This document shows, piece after piece, positions 61,019 through 64,000 of a stretch of 64,000 bases of DNA (positions are counted from its first letter, which is position 1; every line of letters starts with the position of its first letter). Source of the DNA: Chloroflexota bacterium. Lineage in GTDB: Bacteria > Chloroflexota > UBA11872 > VXOZ01. The position numbers and the translations under genes are program-made. The notes under the pieces are model-generated. The model saw nothing but the letters and a program-made list of their open reading frames with translations, was not told the origin of the DNA and made no database searches. The stretch spans positions 1,984,001 through 2,048,000 of the forward strand of contig OZ244922.1 of assembly GCA_965221905.1 (NCBI GenBank). Direction: 5' to 3'.

Positions 61019-61369
61019 CTGCGATAAGGCACCGTTGCCCCGTATTTCTATGCTACTGGATGGACAAAGAGCCGTCAACGATTGTATCTGAAGCGGCCCA
61101 CTAGATAGGGAAAGGCCCGGTCTCCGGAGTGGGGCTTCCTGTTGTGATCGCGCGACATTGCAGGTCTTCTCGCAGCACAACAGCAGGCGTGGACACGCGC
61201 TGCACGCCGCTGTATGCTGTATCGAACAACGATTGAATTGCGAACTAGCGGTGTTACCGCCCGATGGCTCCGCGCTTGGTTGGGCTTTGCAGGTTGCATT
61301 GCCCCCAAAGGCTACTCTGGAGTCGCGTAGCCAATTCACCGTCAATGCTCACCGGGAGGCTTCAACACG

Positions 61370-63154
61370 ATGTCACAAAACGCCACGCCAATATTGATCA
61401 TTTGGGATAGCCAGACCGCTGCACGTCTCTCTGGGTATATTACGGAGATTCTGCACGTAGAGGGCTACAATTGGTTTGCGGTACACGACCTATCTCGTGC
61501 AAGCATTACCCGCGAGCAACTTGCCCGGTATCCGATCGTGGTGCTCACCCACATTGCGGTTCCCGAAGAAGCACAGGGCATACTGCTCGATTATGTCGAT
61601 CAAGGCGGCGCGTTGATCGCGCTGCGCCCACCCGAGCAACTCGCCTCGGAAATTGGTCTCCATCCTTTCAACCGTGACCTCGCAGACCGATATATCGCTC
61701 TAAACAAGATATGCGCTCTCAATGATGGTGTACGCTTACCGCCCTTGCAGTTTCACGGCCGCGCCGAGCTCTATCTCTGGCACGGTGAACCGGCGTATGT
61801 GCTTGCGTACTTTGCAGCGACACCTGAATTCGTAACGAGGCACCCCGCAATTACGGTAGGCAAACGCGGCCTGGGCACGTGGGCGGTTTTCGCCTATGAT
61901 CTTGCAGAAAGCACGGTGCTCTTGCACCAAGGCCGGCCCGACCAGGCGAGCACCGGGTCAAACCCCGATCTAGACGGCGACCGGATGTACAAACCCAATG
62001 ACCTGTTCGTAGGCTATCTTGATCCCGAGCTCTGTCCGCTGCCCCAAGCCGATCTCCAACAAGACATACTGGTGCGCATCATTGAGTGGATGGCGGCGCT
62101 CACGCAGCCCCTGCCGCGCCTGTGGCACTTTCCCGAGGCTGCGCACGCGGTGGCGTTTATCAACGGCGACGGTGACAGCATGGCGTTAGCAGACTTGATG
62201 AATACCATCACGACTGCGGACCGATTCCAGGTGCCGTATACTACGTATCTCATGATGCAGGACCATCCGAAAGTTGAGCCAGCCTATGAGAGCGCCCATC
62301 GCCAGCGGGGGCACGATTTCGGTCAACACGCGTTTGCCGGTGCAAAACCTTCACTGGAGGAAATGCGCAGCGGTTTGCGGTCGGAGATGGAGGCCTTTCG
62401 CACGCGGTACGGTCATGAGTCCGTTACCTACCGCGGACACAGCGTGATCTGGGCCGGCTGGACCGAGACGGCCAAGTACCTGCGCGAAAACAAAGTCCGG
62501 CTCGATACCAATTTCGCTCCCGGTCGCTTTCATTACGCCGGTTATGTCAATGGAAGCGGCTTGCCGGTTAAGTTCATGGACGAAGACGGCAGAATGCTCG
62601 ACATCTACGAGCAAACGACGATGTCCACCGACGACGGTTGGACCGCGGATAAGATCTTCGCGACACCGTTGAGCGTGGAGGAGTGTATCGCGCTCTCAAA
62701 GGAGCAAGCGGACGCCGCCATAGACGAGTATCACACCGTCTATCATCCGTATTTCCACCCGCTTCGCACCCGCGCGGGCCCGACCTCATCGCAACAATGG
62801 CTTGAAGGTGTACTTGGCTATTGCCGGGAACGCGAATTCCACTTTGTAAGCGGCGTAGACTGGGTAGATTTCAACGATGGCAGACGCTCGCTGCAGACGA
62901 AAGCCTATGAGTTTCAGCCGGAAACTCTTACTCTGAATTTCACTCTGGAAGCGCCACGCTCAGTAAAGGCCCTTTCCATCGTGTTGCCCCACGCGTTTCA
63001 CGGCGCGCCTATGCAAAGCGCGGAAGTAAACGGGGAGCACGTTACAGTACAAGAACGCATTCTGGAGGGTAGATGGCAAGTACTCTTGCCTGCCGACTAC
63101 ACGGCTGGGAATGAATATGTGTGGAAAGTCCAGTGGGGGGCAGGCAGCGGGTGA
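61370..63154 (+). CDS. Hypothetical protein with GATase-like N-domain and polysaccharide-deacetylase-like barrel
   Basis: YVDQGGALIALRP, LPRLWHFP..FINGDGD, GHDFGQH, RGHSVIW, GSGLPVKF; GGGAGG RBS. Confidence 0.65.
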   Translation: MSQNATPILIIWDSQTAARLSGYITEILHVEGYNWFAVHDLSRASITREQLARYPIVVLTHIAVPEEAQGILLDYVDQGGALIALRPPEQLASEIGLHPFNRDLADRYIALNKICALNDGVRLPPLQFHGRAELYLWHGEPAYVLAYFAATPEFVTRHPAITVGKRGLGTWAVFAYDLAESTVLLHQGRPDQASTGSNPDLDGDRMYKPNDLFVGYLDPELCPLPQADLQQDILVRIIEWMAALTQPLPRLWHFPEAAHAVAFINGDGDSMALADLMNTITTADRFQVPYTTYLMMQDHPKVEPAYESAHRQRGHDFGQHAFAGAKPSLEEMRSGLRSEMEAFRTRYGHESVTYRGHSVIWAGWTETAKYLRENKVRLDTNFAPGRFHYAGYVNGSGLPVKFMDEDGRMLDIYEQTTMSTDDGWTADKIFATPLSVEECIALSKEQADAAIDEYHTVYHPYFHPLRTRAGPTSSQQWLEGVLGYCREREFHFVSGVDWVDFNDGRRSLQTKAYEFQPETLTLNFTLEAPRSVKALSIVLPHAFHGAPMQSAEVNGEHVTVQERILEGRWQVLLPADYTAGNEYVWKVQWGAGSG

Positions 63155-63155
63155 T

Positions 63156-63715
63156 TTAATCCGAGCTTCTGCCGGAACGCTCCGAGGATTCCTCCTTGAA
63201 TGCGTTGACTAGCGGATACTCATTCATATCGATTTCCTCTGGAGTAGTGCCCTCGGCCTTCGCACGAAAGAAGCGGTCTGTTGTCTCATTCTGAAGTGCG
63301 GCTATTTCCCCCGCGAGCGCTATCGCTTCCGGATTAATGCCGGCCTTGAGCGCGGCATCTGTATCCAATACTAGTATCTTATAGCCGCGAGGGTCATCAC
63401 TATCGACTCGATTGCCCTCCGCATTATAGAAGTCAAAGCTAAAATGCTCCGCAAGGGCTTCCAATTATTGATTAAGCTCGTCCCAACTCAACGCGCCTCG
63501 GTAGCTATATTGATCTGAGGTAGATGTTTCGCCAGTGCGGGTTGGAGCAGCTTCAGCCACGTTAGTACTGGGGCTGATCACTGGTGCCGGTTCGTTTGCG
63601 CTGCCGTCATCATTGGTTGGAGTGCTACACGCGGCACTTAACAAGAGGCTGGCGGCACAGACGGCAATTTGAACTTGTGCTACTGGGCGAAACGAGAATT
63701 AGAAAAAATGCGCAT
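63156..63715 (-). pseudogene. Degraded lipoprotein gene
   Basis: Frame of the 63156-63464 ORF continues upstream across TAA 63465-63467 into LLLSAAC lipobox and P/T linker; nearest ATG (63715) is out of frame. Confidence 0.5.
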
Positions 63716-63846
63716 ACTTTTTGCCGTAGTTCCATTCTCTCACCAGTGGTTGCTTCCCTCTGAAGAGGGCCATTATGGTGGCCATTTCGAGGTCATCTGA
63801 AAACAAGAGCGATAGAGAATTCCATGAAAGTGTGGAGAAGCAAGGG

Positions 63847-63919
63847 TGACCCGGCTGGGACTCGAACCCAGGACACCCTGATTAAAAGTCAGGTGCTCTG
63901 CCAACTGAGCTACCGGGCC
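63847..63919 (-). tRNA. tRNA-Lys (TTT), CCA not encoded
   Basis: GGCCCGGTAGCTCAGTTGG..CTTTTAA..GGTTCGAGTCCC..; 3' end reads ACCC. Confidence 0.95.
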
Positions 63920-64000
63920 GTACACTCAGTCTAGCAAATCCTGCTGACTGACCTCAATGGCTCACACGCATAGGTAGTGGCAGAATCCACTTGGTGTAGG

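Overview
Bacterial chromosome segment, most likely from Chloroflexota. This is an inference from the Chloroflexi-type 'GHxxxGxFxxFFxxNGGxxxFGYP' surface repeats, an NBR1-like Ig domain and several orphan Tat-lipoprotein solute-binding proteins (SBPs). From left to right: (1) a minus-strand rex-nuoABCDGHIJKL operon lacking nuoE/nuoF, with a Rex operator over its promoter; (2) a VanW-family gene; (3) a minus-strand catabolic cluster (RidA, two SBP paralogs, cysteine hydrolase, class-III aminotransferase, two amidohydrolases, Gfo/Idh/MocA, TIM-barrel isomerase); (4) a beta-propeller surface protein and a cell-wall amidase; (5) a lon-dnaK-grpE-dnaJ-hspR-clpC operon with a HAIR-like operator; (6) aspS, dppA and an MprAB-HtrA-like module; (7) pspA-pspAA between two SBP-like paralogs; (8) a nested MITE/REP structure with 3-bp flanking duplications; (9) a candidate S-layer protein; (10) assorted enzymes, crcB, three tRNAs and a lipoprotein pseudogene. 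There is no CRISPR array, rRNA, transposase or phage gene. Many small palindromic repeat families occur in intergenic DNA. All calls come from motif recognition; no database searches were run.
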